Counted from the stretch's first letter, positions 9,343 to 18,679 are shown. The stretch is DNA of 64,000 nucleotides from an uncultured Paludibacteraceae bacterium (GCA_964292695.1 CAXYWB010000002.1:2454-66453); one strand, 5' to 3'. Program-made: numbers and translations. The notes: generated from the letters alone by a model not told the origin.

Positions 9343-10077
9343 TTGAAAAACATGAATAAAATGAACGAAATACATCCGGATACAAAAATAGCCGAGGCGA
9401 TAACTGATAATCCTTTCCTTATACTATTACTTGAACGGTTTGAAATTTACATTCCGGTTCAGGATATGAATATCAGTCATTTATGCAAATCGCACAACAT
9501 AAACGAAGCTCTTTTTGTAGCATTTATCAACTTGTATAACGGCAGTACATCCATCCCTGAATTAAAACTAAATGATAATGACGCTTTAACAATTATCAAC
9601 TTTCTAAGAGTCTCCCACAGGTATTATTCCGAACAAATATATCCTGAAATCATTGAGCTGATTAATCAAATGAAGCAACTCAACAATCACAAAGAGATAA
9701 AACTGGTATCGGTATTTTTTATGGATTATTTTAAGGAAGTTACTGACCATCTTGATTATGAAAATGATATATTTTATCCCTACGTGAGAAAGTTAGTCAA
9801 CCAAATACAAAACAACAAAGAAATTGATATAAACAACGATTACTCAGTTATCCAATACAAAGATCATCACGATGATATTGAAGAAAAACTGAATGATTTG
9901 AAAAATCTGCTTATCAAATACCTTCCGATAAATCAAGATCAGATTGTCCGCCGGAAATTACTTTTTTTACTTTCCGAGCTCGAATTTGATCTCAAAATTC
10001 ATTCTGATATTGAGGAACTTATTCTTATTCCACTGACAATGCGATTGGAGAAAAAGCTAAAACAAACAAGACAATGA
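9343..10077 (+). CDS. hemerythrin-like (HHE cation-binding) protein with a RIC/ScdA-like N-terminal region
   Basis: His/Glu ligand pattern: SHRYY, HLDYENDIFYPYV, HHDDIEEKL and HSDIEELI. The N-terminus (IAEAITDNPFLILLLERFEI) resembles the ScdA N-domain but lacks the Cys pair. Confidence 0.6.
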   Translation: MKNMNKMNEIHPDTKIAEAITDNPFLILLLERFEIYIPVQDMNISHLCKSHNINEALFVAFINLYNGSTSIPELKLNDNDALTIINFLRVSHRYYSEQIYPEIIELINQMKQLNNHKEIKLVSVFFMDYFKEVTDHLDYENDIFYPYVRKLVNQIQNNKEIDINNDYSVIQYKDHHDDIEEKLNDLKNLLIKYLPINQDQIVRRKLLFLLSELEFDLKIHSDIEELILIPLTMRLEKKLKQTRQ

Positions 10078-10664
10078 AACAAATTCATATAGCTGTTTTA
10101 GACGATTCATTGGTAGTGCGCGAAGGGCTTGAGGCTGTATTCTCCCGATTCCGGTTTATTCACCGAATATCTCATGCAACTTCACTGGAAAAACTCGATA
10201 ACATGCTTAAAATAAGCTCATATCAGTTTGTATTCATCAATCCGCACTTTTTACAGTCCAACCAAAGCCTTTTTCAGAAGTTAAAAAATCAACACGATTG
10301 CATAAAATGGATTGGAGTGCTTTATGCTCATTTTTCTCCTAATCTGCTTACGAAATTAGATGGAACCATTGATATATTTGATTCGCAGGAAGTACTTGCC
10401 GGTAAACTGATGAAATGGGTTGAAACCGGGAGTGATGAAAATTCACTACAAAATAAAGATACACTCACCGACAGAGAAACAAACGTGCTAAAACTGCTTG
10501 CCGAGGGCAAATCAAACAAAGAAATTGCCGACAACCTGAACATCAGTATCAATACAGTAATCACCCACAGAAAAAATATATCACAAAAAACAGGCATTAA
10601 ATCTGTTTCGGGACTTACCATTTACGCTGTAGTTCAAAATCTTATTTCGCTGGATAATTTTTAG
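10074..10664 (+). CDS. LuxR/FixJ-type HTH transcriptional regulator with a degenerate (pseudo-)receiver domain
   Basis: The C-terminal HTH reads LTDRETNVLKLLAEGKSNKEIADNLNISINTVITHRKNI. The N-terminus starts receiver-like (IAVLDDS), but the phospho-acceptor position reads FVFINPHF (Asn, not Asp). The start overlaps the upstream stop in an ATGA. Confidence 0.8.
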   Translation: MKQIHIAVLDDSLVVREGLEAVFSRFRFIHRISHATSLEKLDNMLKISSYQFVFINPHFLQSNQSLFQKLKNQHDCIKWIGVLYAHFSPNLLTKLDGTIDIFDSQEVLAGKLMKWVETGSDENSLQNKDTLTDRETNVLKLLAEGKSNKEIADNLNISINTVITHRKNISQKTGIKSVSGLTIYAVVQNLISLDNF

Positions 10665-10742
10665 GATTTATCCTCATTTCTGGTGAGTTTCAGATTCCGA
10701 AAATCATAATATTTGATTATTTCAGCATATCAGCCTGATGTG

Positions 10743-10750
10743 TAATTTTG
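10743..10750 (+). promoter_or_regulatory. -7 box TAATTTTG
   Basis: It lies 27 nt upstream of the ATG at 10777, inside the track ORF's N-terminal extension, which argues for the shorter gene. Confidence 0.5.
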
Positions 10751-10776
10751 CAGAGTATTTGAATCACAATCAAACC

Positions 10777-11928
10777 ATGCATAAAATCAAGTATTTTCTT
10801 ATATTTCACATCTGCCTTCATATCTCCGTTTCAATCCGGGCAAGTCATGACACTATTCCGGTAAAAAACAAGTTTTTAGAAATTCACGCTACTTATACGG
10901 GCGATGCAGTATCAAATGTAGTTGGAGGGAAACAACAAAAAGCTGCTTATCTGGGTATGCTAAACCTGGAAATGGCCTTGAATACAGAATACGCCGACTG
11001 GTGGAAAGGAGGTAATTTTTACGTCAAAGCAACCAATACTCACGGTGCAAGTCCCTCGGCCGACATAATCGGAGATTTGCAGATTGCATCCAATATTGAG
11101 GCAGGCAACCATACATTTCTCCAGGAAGCCTGGTTCAGCCAGTCGGTTTCGAATCTGAGTATTACTGTCGGACTTCAGGACCTGAACAAAGAATTCGCTG
11201 TAACAGAATACGGCAGTTCATTTTTAAACAGTTCTTTTGGAATAATACCAACCATATCCAACAATCTTAAAGCGCCAATTTTTCCCTTAACTTCCTTCGG
11301 GCTTACATTAAAATGGGAAATAAATAACAGAATAACCTGGCTCAATGCTATTTATGATGGCGAGCCAACTGATTTTACCGAAAATGCATTCAATTTGAGC
11401 TGGCAGTTGCATGAAAATGATGGATTACTTGCCATTTCTGAAATGCAATTCAATGATAACAAACAACTTCCGGGAAGCTACAAAATTGGATTATATAACC
11501 ACAGCCACTATCTGTCAAAACTGATTTTAAAAAATACTCCCGATTCGGTTATGCACAATTCCTGGGGAGCTTTTGCATACGCGGATAAAACTTTTTGGAA
11601 GAGAAGCAACCGGATTTTTGGCGCATTTGTTCAAACTGGATACGGGTTTTCACCGGATAGCAAATGCAAAATGTATATTGGAGGAGGATTTAACTACCTC
11701 GGGCTGGCTAAAAAAGACGGAAGCGACTTACTTGGATTAGCTATGGCGCATGCAAAACTACAGGGAAATGCACGAAGTGAAACGTCTCTTGAACTCACCT
11801 ATCATTTTCCTTTGAATAAATATCTCTACATACAACCTGATATTCAATATATTATAAATCCATCGGGTACTTATCAGAAATTAACTGATAGTTTGGTTGG
11901 TATAATCCGCATTGGCGCTGCTATTTAA
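10777..11928 (+). CDS. OprB-like carbohydrate-selective porin family outer-membrane protein
   Basis: The ORF has a signal peptide and YTGDAVSNVVGGKQQKAAYLGMLNLEMALNTE...WWKGGNFYVKATNTHG..IGDLQIASNIEAG, which resembles the OprB family. Confidence 0.65.
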   Translation: MHKIKYFLIFHICLHISVSIRASHDTIPVKNKFLEIHATYTGDAVSNVVGGKQQKAAYLGMLNLEMALNTEYADWWKGGNFYVKATNTHGASPSADIIGDLQIASNIEAGNHTFLQEAWFSQSVSNLSITVGLQDLNKEFAVTEYGSSFLNSSFGIIPTISNNLKAPIFPLTSFGLTLKWEINNRITWLNAIYDGEPTDFTENAFNLSWQLHENDGLLAISEMQFNDNKQLPGSYKIGLYNHSHYLSKLILKNTPDSVMHNSWGAFAYADKTFWKRSNRIFGAFVQTGYGFSPDSKCKMYIGGGFNYLGLAKKDGSDLLGLAMAHAKLQGNARSETSLELTYHFPLNKYLYIQPDIQYIINPSGTYQKLTDSLVGIIRIGAAI

Positions 11929-12860
11929 TCAAAATCCGGCTCTTCGTAACGCTGCCAGTTTGGTGCCGGTTGCCATTGGTGTTTCGGTTCGTAATAATTC
12001 CAAACCAAACGAGACAACCGTTTGATCAGTTGCCTGCCTTCGTTGTCGGTACTCCACGATGTGTCTTCCTGATTTTTGGTATAAACGGCTATCACATAAT
12101 CGCCATGCGGCGCATTTACCAGTACCACTTCTGATCGTGCAGCGCTCACCATTCCCTGCTTGGAGGCCGTCCTTACTGTTGGAGGAATCTGACTCAACGC
12201 GCGGTCGTCGTAATAAACCGTGCCAAGTACCCGATACATTTCATCACAGGCCGCTGCCGACAGAATTTTACGATTTCTTATTTTCACCAAAAGTGTAGCC
12301 ATTTCGCGAGGTGTGGTTTGTCCCCACCCCATTTTTTTTCGTTCATTCTCTCTGGAGGGTGTTCGTGAATTTACCCGGGTGAATTTGAATCCCAGGTCAT
12401 TCATCAATGAGTTGATGGCAGCTCCCGTACCGGCCAAATCCTGCAGCCAGAGGCTTGCACTATTGTCGCTGGTGCATATGCTCAGCATCTGCACAATGCT
12501 CAGAAGTATTTCCGTGCTGTCTTTGAGCGATGCAATCAGCCCTTTGTCACCTTCATAAAGCTGTTTTTTGTCGGAATACACAAGCGGTTGGAAATAGTTC
12601 AGTTCACCGGTTTCAATCTTGCTGAAAATACCTACCATTATCGGCACTTTGATGGTGCTGGCAGTTGGAAAAAGGGTGTCGGCATTGACCGAAGCCACTT
12701 TACCCGTTTTCAGATTCTCCACATACACTCCGGCTGTACCGCGAAATCCGGTAAGTTCTTTTTCTATCCGTTTTTGCAGTTTTATTTCTACTTTTTGTGC
12801 ATAAAAGGCAAAAAAAGATGAAGATAAAAACAGGCAAATAATCCAACAGGTTCTGAGCAT
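11925..12860 (-). CDS. class-A beta-lactamase-related serine hydrolase
   Basis: The ORF has a signal peptide, an SxxK motif (STIK), an SDN motif (TSDNSAS) and a KxG motif (SKQG). Its stop codon overlaps the porin stop (TTTAA). Confidence 0.7.
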   Translation of the reverse strand: MLRTCWIICLFLSSSFFAFYAQKVEIKLQKRIEKELTGFRGTAGVYVENLKTGKVASVNADTLFPTASTIKVPIMVGIFSKIETGELNYFQPLVYSDKKQLYEGDKGLIASLKDSTEILLSIVQMLSICTSDNSASLWLQDLAGTGAAINSLMNDLGFKFTRVNSRTPSRENERKKMGWGQTTPREMATLLVKIRNRKILSAAACDEMYRVLGTVYYDDRALSQIPPTVRTASKQGMVSAARSEVVLVNAPHGDYVIAVYTKNQEDTSWSTDNEGRQLIKRLSRLVWNYYEPKHQWQPAPNWQRYEEPDFD

Positions 12861-12880
12861 TTTCTTTCGTTCGGTGAATG

Positions 12881-13993
12881 TTAAAAGTGCATGACCAATA
12901 GCGGCGTTTCGGTATTAAAAAGCAATTTTGTGGCAATTCCCTGATTGAAAAACCGGAAAAAAAGATTGCGTTTCTTTGTATTCAGTGCCACCAGTTCAAT
13001 TTTTGAAGCTTCGAGAAAAGACTGAATTTGATCCAGATTTTTTTCTTTATCCAGAAATGCGTATTCTGTTTTCAAACGGGGATAATGGTTGGCAAAATAT
13101 TCCTTTATTCCGGCAAGCATCACCTCGTCCCACGATTCTTTTTTCTCGGTGGCGTGAATAAATACAAGTTCCAATCCGTCGGTGTTCAGGAATGAAATAG
13201 CTGTATCAATGGCTATCAGGTCTTTTTGGTCGAAATTAGTAAGAAATGCCACTCTGCGGATTTTTTCGGGCAACAAGCTAATCCCCAACGATATAGCCAT
13301 TACAGGCGATTTACATGCTTCGAGAACCTCGGCGGTTACACTTCCTATTAAATTTTCATCTTTATGGTATCTGCTGCGTGTTCCCATCACTACCAGAGCC
13401 GGTAATTCCTTTTTGCAATAAGTAAGAATTTCTTCTTCGGGCACTCCCTCGCGAAGTTCGAAAGTAAAATTAACTTTTGGGATTTCACCCGCCTCAATCC
13501 ATCGGTTGACCAGGTTTGTAAGGTTCTCAACATCGGCACTGTTGGACTTCATCAGCCTGCGAAGCATCTCGGTATCGGCCAGGCTGTATGTGTTTATTTC
13601 AGTGTTGTACGAGGATGTGATGGTATAAGCAGGAGCCAGATACGTATGCAGGAAAACAACATCGGCATTTATTTTATGAGCGTAATAAAATCCGTATGTA
13701 CACACTTCGTTTATCTGATCGGTAAGTTCAATCGGTATCAGCACATTTCTGCCTTTGAGAGGTTCATTTTTTTTGGCTTCTTCTTCCCATGCCTTTTCCA
13801 TTTCTTCAACTATGCTCAGCGCCTGCGGCAAATCGTCTTCTTTAATCCTTACACGTACACCTACAGCCATCTCGGGATGTTCCAGATTCAGATTGTGAAT
13901 CATCGTTTCAATTCCGTTTTGCTCAAGTACAGCTTTTATCATCTGAGCCCGCTGATAAGTTCTAATTGCCAGAGTTACCCATTTATTACTCAT
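12881..13993 (-). CDS. DUF2007-like N-terminal domain fused to a tandem universal stress protein (USP) domain
   Basis: The N-terminus (WVTLAIRTYQRAQMIKAVLEQNGIETMIHN) is followed by two USP-like halves ending ...VMGTRSRY..LIGSVTAEVLEACKSPVMAI and ...TKKRNLFFRFFNQGIATKLLFNTETPLLVMH. Confidence 0.65.
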   Translation of the reverse strand: MSNKWVTLAIRTYQRAQMIKAVLEQNGIETMIHNLNLEHPEMAVGVRVRIKEDDLPQALSIVEEMEKAWEEEAKKNEPLKGRNVLIPIELTDQINEVCTYGFYYAHKINADVVFLHTYLAPAYTITSSYNTEINTYSLADTEMLRRLMKSNSADVENLTNLVNRWIEAGEIPKVNFTFELREGVPEEEILTYCKKELPALVVMGTRSRYHKDENLIGSVTAEVLEACKSPVMAISLGISLLPEKIRRVAFLTNFDQKDLIAIDTAISFLNTDGLELVFIHATEKKESWDEVMLAGIKEYFANHYPRLKTEYAFLDKEKNLDQIQSFLEASKIELVALNTKKRNLFFRFFNQGIATKLLFNTETPLLVMHF

Positions 13994-14087
13994 AATCGTA
14001 TTTTTTAGGAATTAAACAAATAAAAGTTTCATCTGTAAAAATAACAATTATAAACGAAAGTTAGATTTAAATTTTCATTAAAAACAC

Positions 14088-14095
14088 TATATTTG
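14088..14095 (+). promoter_or_regulatory. -7 box TATATTTG
   Basis: It lies 44 nt upstream of the ATG at 14140. Confidence 0.5.
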
Positions 14096-14139
14096 CATAC
14101 TATTTTTTTCACTACAAACAACATTAAAACTTTATTGAC

Positions 14140-14556
14140 ATGAAAAAAGCAATTTGGATTATCATTCTTGTTGTTCTGGGCGCTCTCTCCGGATATATTT
14201 ACTACAAATATTTTTTTGTTTTCGGCGAAGGAGTAAAAGCCGGTGAACTTAATTATATGGTTCGGAAAGGGGTTGTTTTCAAAACTTACGAAGGTAAACT
14301 CATTCAGTCCGGATTCCGCTCATCGTCAGGCAAAACTCCCGGTACAGGCATCCAGTCATACGAATTTGAATTTTCTGTAGTGAATAAATCCATTGCAGAC
14401 TCGCTTATGCTTTGCAGCGGTCAGGATATGGAGCTTCACTACAAAGAATACAAGGGAGCGCTTCCCTGGAGAGGTTTCAGCCGCTACATTGTGGATAAAA
14501 TCATCTCAATAGATGAAAGCAGGTATCCAAAAACTCAGATTTCTCCGGGGAATTGA
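14140..14556 (+). CDS. hypothetical membrane-anchored protein (138 aa)
   Basis: The ORF has one N-terminal TM helix. I recognise no motif. Confidence 0.5.
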   Translation: MKKAIWIIILVVLGALSGYIYYKYFFVFGEGVKAGELNYMVRKGVVFKTYEGKLIQSGFRSSSGKTPGTGIQSYEFEFSVVNKSIADSLMLCSGQDMELHYKEYKGALPWRGFSRYIVDKIISIDESRYPKTQISPGN

Positions 14557-14646
14557 TGGAATAAAAAAAAAATTTTCCGAATGCAGAAAACAACAAATGT
14601 TTAGCTGCTCACAAATCGCATTATTCATTATTAAATTTAATACAAT

Positions 14647-15810
14647 ATGGAAGTTTCTGAATTAAAAATTGCTTTTAAAGAAGCCTACGGCAAAGACGCT
14701 GATGCCGTATATTTCGCACCCGGACGTGTGAACCTGATTGGTGAGCACACCGATTACAACGGTGGATTTGTATTCCCCTGTGCTTTGAGTTTCGGTACCT
14801 ACTTGCTGCTTCGCAAAAACGGCGAAAAATTCGTACAGTTCCGTTCTATCAATATGCCCGAAGTAGTAAAAATTCCTCTGGACAAACTCACCGAACGCCT
14901 TGAAAACAATTCATGGGCTAATTATCCGCTTGGCGTTTTTGCTCAATACGTAAAACGCGGTTATGCTGTGAATGAAGGTTTTGATATGCTCATTTGGGGC
15001 AATGTACCCAACGGAGCCGGACTTTCATCATCTGCAGCACTCGAAACTGTAACAGCTTATGCGCTGAACGACCAACTCGAAACATCACTGGACCGTACGG
15101 AAATGGCCAAAATCGGTCAGAAAGCCGAACATGAATTTGCACTGGTTAATTGCGGCATTATGGATCAGTTTGCAAGCGCACAAGGCAAAAAAGACCATGC
15201 TATTTTCCTCAATTGCGATACACTTGATTTTGAACTTGTTCCGGTAAAACTGGAAGGTGTGAAAGTGGTCATTTCCAACACACACAGCCCTCACAAGCTG
15301 GATTCCGGCGCATACAACTCCCGCGTGGCTCAATGTCATCTTGCAGTTGAGCAAATCAATAATGTTCGCCCCATTAAATACCTGGCAGAACTGACCGAAG
15401 AAGAATTCAAAAAAGTGGAACACGCCATTACCGACGAGGTAGCCCACAAACGTGCACGCCACGTGGTAGGCGAAGTTCAACGCACGACCGATGCTGTGAA
15501 AGCCCTGAAAGCAGGCGATTTAAAGCTATTCGGCGAACTGATGAACGCATCACACGTTTCGCTGCGCGATGACTACGAAGTGACCGGCCCCGAACTGGAT
15601 ACCATGGCCGAAGAAGCCTGGAAAATTGACGGCGTAATAGGCTCACGCATGACAGGCGGTGGATTTGGCGGATGTACCGTTTCGCTGGTAAAAGATGAAG
15701 CCATCGATACATTCATCGAAAAAGTAGGTGCTGCTTACGAAAAGAAAATAGGCATCAAACCCGATTTCTACATAGCCGAAATAGGTGATGGAGCGAAAAG
15801 AGTGGAGTAA
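14647..15810 (+). CDS. galK: galactokinase
   Basis: GRVNLIGEHTDYNGG signature, GHMP motif PNGAGLSSSAA, and MTGGGFGGC. Confidence 0.95.
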   Translation: MEVSELKIAFKEAYGKDADAVYFAPGRVNLIGEHTDYNGGFVFPCALSFGTYLLLRKNGEKFVQFRSINMPEVVKIPLDKLTERLENNSWANYPLGVFAQYVKRGYAVNEGFDMLIWGNVPNGAGLSSSAALETVTAYALNDQLETSLDRTEMAKIGQKAEHEFALVNCGIMDQFASAQGKKDHAIFLNCDTLDFELVPVKLEGVKVVISNTHSPHKLDSGAYNSRVAQCHLAVEQINNVRPIKYLAELTEEEFKKVEHAITDEVAHKRARHVVGEVQRTTDAVKALKAGDLKLFGELMNASHVSLRDDYEVTGPELDTMAEEAWKIDGVIGSRMTGGGFGGCTVSLVKDEAIDTFIEKVGAAYEKKIGIKPDFYIAEIGDGAKRVE

Positions 15811-15824
15811 AATATTGCCCAATG

Positions 15825-15841
15825 GTCTCCTGACGGGGGGA
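15825..15841 (+). repeat. post-stop GC box (CTCC..GGGGGG)
   Basis: GTCTCCTGACGGGGGGA begins 15 nt after the galK stop. Positions 15830-15841 can pair with 15910-15919 (11 bp with a 2-nt bulge). Confidence 0.4.
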
Positions 15842-15908
15842 ATTAAAGCGTAAATTTACACATTTAAGCCTTTTATCAAATTTAATAACTTTCAAAACAC
15901 CAACTCTT

Positions 15909-15932
15909 ATCCCCCTCAGTGGGATAGGAGGC
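15909..15932 (+). repeat. start-proximal C-run/G-run hairpin plus AGGAGG box
   Basis: ATCCCCCTCAGTGGGATAGGAGGC ends 8 nt before the galM ATG and aligns with the boxes at 27220 and 53835. Confidence 0.4.
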
Positions 15933-15940
15933 TGATAACT

Positions 15941-16939
15941 ATGATAACACTACATACAATAAAAAACAGCAAAGGAATGTCTGCCGAAATTTGCAACTAC
16001 GGCGCACGCGTAACTAAACTGAACGTTCCTGATAAAAAAGGAGTTACAGCAGATGTTGTGCTTAGTTTCGATACGCTGGAAGAAATCACCACAAAAGAAA
16101 CTTATTTCAATGCCACTTGCGGACGATTTGCCAACCGAATAAAAGATGCAAAATTTACACTCGAAGGCAAAGATTACAAACTCGCAGAGAACAACGGCCC
16201 GAATTCTTTACACGGTGGAAAAGAAGGATTCAACATGAAAGTGTGGGATGTGAAATCAGTTTCTGAAAATGAAATTATTCTGCATTACCTTTCGCCCGAT
16301 GGAGAAGAAGGATATCCGGGAAATCTCGATGTAACGCTAACGTATCAGTTGACCGATGAAAACGAACTGAAAATTCATTACGAAGCCATTTCCGATAAAA
16401 CTACGGTTATCGGACTGACCAATCACTCCTATTTCAATCTGAAAGGAGCCGGTGAAGGTTTGGTACATGATCATTATCTGCAGCTGAATGCCGACTTTCA
16501 CACAGCACTGGATGAATTCACCTGCCCAACGGGCGAAGTTCTTAAAGTAGATAATTCGCCTTACGATTTCCGTGAGCCAACGCTTCTGGCTGACAGAATA
16601 AATGATCCGGTTTTTGCACCTAACCGCGGGCTGGACGATAACTGGGTGATTCGTAGAAATCAACCGGGCGAATTGGTTGTTGCCGGCTACATATACGAAC
16701 CTGAAAGCGGACGAAAAATGGAAGTAATCACCACGCAGCCCGGAGTTCAGATTTATACCGCCAACTGGGTGGACAAACAAATTGCCAAGTATGGAAAACA
16801 GTACGAAGCGCAAGGTGCAATCTGCCTGGAAACTCAGGGTTTTCCGGCATCACCCAATTATCCGCACTTTCCATCCACGGTGCTTCGCGCCGGTGAAAAA
16901 TACGATGAATGGTGCATTTATAAATTTTCAGTAAAATAA
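15941..16939 (+). CDS. galM: aldose 1-epimerase (galactose mutarotase)
   Basis: 332-aa ORF with NGPNSLHGG, TNHSYFNL and CLETQ motifs. It is adjacent to galK. Confidence 0.9.
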   Translation: MITLHTIKNSKGMSAEICNYGARVTKLNVPDKKGVTADVVLSFDTLEEITTKETYFNATCGRFANRIKDAKFTLEGKDYKLAENNGPNSLHGGKEGFNMKVWDVKSVSENEIILHYLSPDGEEGYPGNLDVTLTYQLTDENELKIHYEAISDKTTVIGLTNHSYFNLKGAGEGLVHDHYLQLNADFHTALDEFTCPTGEVLKVDNSPYDFREPTLLADRINDPVFAPNRGLDDNWVIRRNQPGELVVAGYIYEPESGRKMEVITTQPGVQIYTANWVDKQIAKYGKQYEAQGAICLETQGFPASPNYPHFPSTVLRAGEKYDEWCIYKFSVK

Positions 16940-16962
16940 AAAAATCATTTTGTTTTAATGCT

Positions 16963-16998
16963 AAAACGACTTTACAAGACTTTTTGTAAGGTCGTTTT
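16963..16998. terminator. bidirectional intrinsic terminator
   Basis: AAAACGACTTTACAA-6 nt-TTGTAAGGTCGTTTT (15-bp stem with one G-U pair) carries flanking A and T runs and lies between convergent galM and the SDR gene. Confidence 0.7.
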
Positions 16999-17026
16999 TT
17001 CTGTCATGTAAAATCTCTTTAGAATG

Positions 17027-18031
17027 TTAAGTTCGCTTTTTATCAAACTCACAGATTGCAAAAATTGAATCGCGAATATTGGTAAACTGAAAATCCGGAA
17101 ACAGTGAAAGAAATTTCCCGGCAGAATATGTTTTTTGGCTTACTGCCACTTTGGCCGACGAAGTATCAATCAAAGGGGTAAAGCCAAGTAATTTTCCTGC
17201 TAATTCCAACACATGAGCACTTAGCAGAAGCGTTTTATTCATACCGATGAACGGACGTAATTTGCCGAATCCATCGGCCATCCATTGCAGAATATCTTTG
17301 TGCCGGCAGTTTTCACCTACAAGCACAAACCTCCGGTCGTTACTATCACTTTTCATCAACAGTATCATAGCCCTCACTACATCCTCTGCGGCTACATAGC
17401 CCGTCCGGCCGTTGGTGTAAAATGGTAATCCTTTTTTCACCCGTTTGAATAACTCGCCGCTGCCCGACCAATTTGGGGTGTATCCCAAAATTACTCCGGG
17501 ATTTACAATTACTGCATTCAACCCTTTCTGAATTCCATTATTTATTTCCTTTTCGGCAAGACGTTTACTTTCTCCATACATCGTTGTTTTTTCATTTTTG
17601 GAGAAAAGAGATTCTTCATTTATCGGATTTCTTCCGTTTCCATCGGACAAAGCTGCAATGGAACTCACAAAACAAAGTTTCTTTACATTGTTAATCAACG
17701 CTGCATTCACTACGTTTTTTGTACCACCTACGTTTACTGTGAGCATTTTTTCATCATTCTTGCCCAAATTAACCATGGCAGCGCAGTGATATACATATTC
17801 AATTCCTTCGAAAGCTTTGCACAAGCTGAAATAATCTTCGACATCAGCCTCAATCCATCTGATTCGATTGTAGAGATCTTCCACATCATCACCGTAAAAT
17901 CTGAAAATGCTTTTCAAAGATTCCACTTCTGAGGATTTGCGCCTTAATGCAGACACCTGATTATTTTCGCGGAGCAACTGGCGGATTAAATGCCCGCCAA
18001 GCATTCCGGTAGCACCTGTAACTAAAATCAT
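17027..18031 (-). CDS. NAD-dependent epimerase/dehydratase (SDR) family protein
   Basis: The N-terminal Rossmann motif is MILVTGATGMLGGHL, followed by a YGESK (YxxxK) motif. Confidence 0.85.
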   Translation of the reverse strand: MILVTGATGMLGGHLIRQLLRENNQVSALRRKSSEVESLKSIFRFYGDDVEDLYNRIRWIEADVEDYFSLCKAFEGIEYVYHCAAMVNLGKNDEKMLTVNVGGTKNVVNAALINNVKKLCFVSSIAALSDGNGRNPINEESLFSKNEKTTMYGESKRLAEKEINNGIQKGLNAVIVNPGVILGYTPNWSGSGELFKRVKKGLPFYTNGRTGYVAAEDVVRAMILLMKSDSNDRRFVLVGENCRHKDILQWMADGFGKLRPFIGMNKTLLLSAHVLELAGKLLGFTPLIDTSSAKVAVSQKTYSAGKFLSLFPDFQFTNIRDSIFAICEFDKKRT

Positions 18032-18054
18032 TGTTCTAAAAATTGATGAAGTTT

Positions 18055-18062
18055 CAAAAATA
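18055..18062 (-). promoter_or_regulatory. -7 box TATTTTTG (minus strand)
   Basis: The plus strand reads CAAAAATA, 24 nt upstream of the SDR start at 18031. Confidence 0.5.
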
Positions 18063-18076
18063 CGGAAAGAAAACCG

Positions 18077-18084
18077 TATTTTTG
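18077..18084 (+). promoter_or_regulatory. -7 box TATTTTTG
   Basis: It lies 16 nt upstream of the ATG at 18101. Confidence 0.5.
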
Positions 18085-18100
18085 CATAAAATTTCCAATT

Positions 18101-18679
18101 ATGCAGAATATTTGTGTGTACTGCGCTTCGAGCAGTAAAATTGATTCAAAATACGTTGAAACAGCAAAAAGACTCGGCTCCCTGCTTGCTGAAAATAATA
18201 TGCAGTTGGTTTACGGAGGCGGATCGGTAGGCCTAATGGGGATATTGGCTGACAGTGTATTGGATAAAGGCGGAAAAGTAACGGGCATTATCCCCAAATT
18301 CATGGTCGAAGCCGAATGGCAGCATGACGGGCTTACAAAGCTGATCCTGACCGAAACCATGCACGAACGGAAAGAAAAAATGGCTGCAATGAGCAATGCT
18401 GTGGTAGCATTGCCGGGAGGATGCGGTACACTCGAAGAACTGCTGGAAGTCATCACCTGGAAGCAACTTGGCATTTACCGGAATCCGATTATCATTGTCA
18501 ATGTTGACGGTTATTACAACCACTTGCTGGCACAATTCCAACAAGCTGCAGATGAACTTTTTATGCGTCCTCAGCACCTGGACATGTGGACTGTTGTAGA
18601 AACAGCGGATGAAGTGCTCGAAGCTATTAAAAACAGCAAACCGATGGTGGAAGATTTAAGACAATATGCCAAAATTTAA
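18101..18679 (+). CDS. LOG family protein (cytokinin riboside 5'-monophosphate phosphoribohydrolase-like)
   Basis: VYGGGSVGLMG and PGGCGTLEEL motifs in a 192-aa ORF. Confidence 0.85.
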   Translation: MQNICVYCASSSKIDSKYVETAKRLGSLLAENNMQLVYGGGSVGLMGILADSVLDKGGKVTGIIPKFMVEAEWQHDGLTKLILTETMHERKEKMAAMSNAVVALPGGCGTLEELLEVITWKQLGIYRNPIIIVNVDGYYNHLLAQFQQAADELFMRPQHLDMWTVVETADEVLEAIKNSKPMVEDLRQYAKI

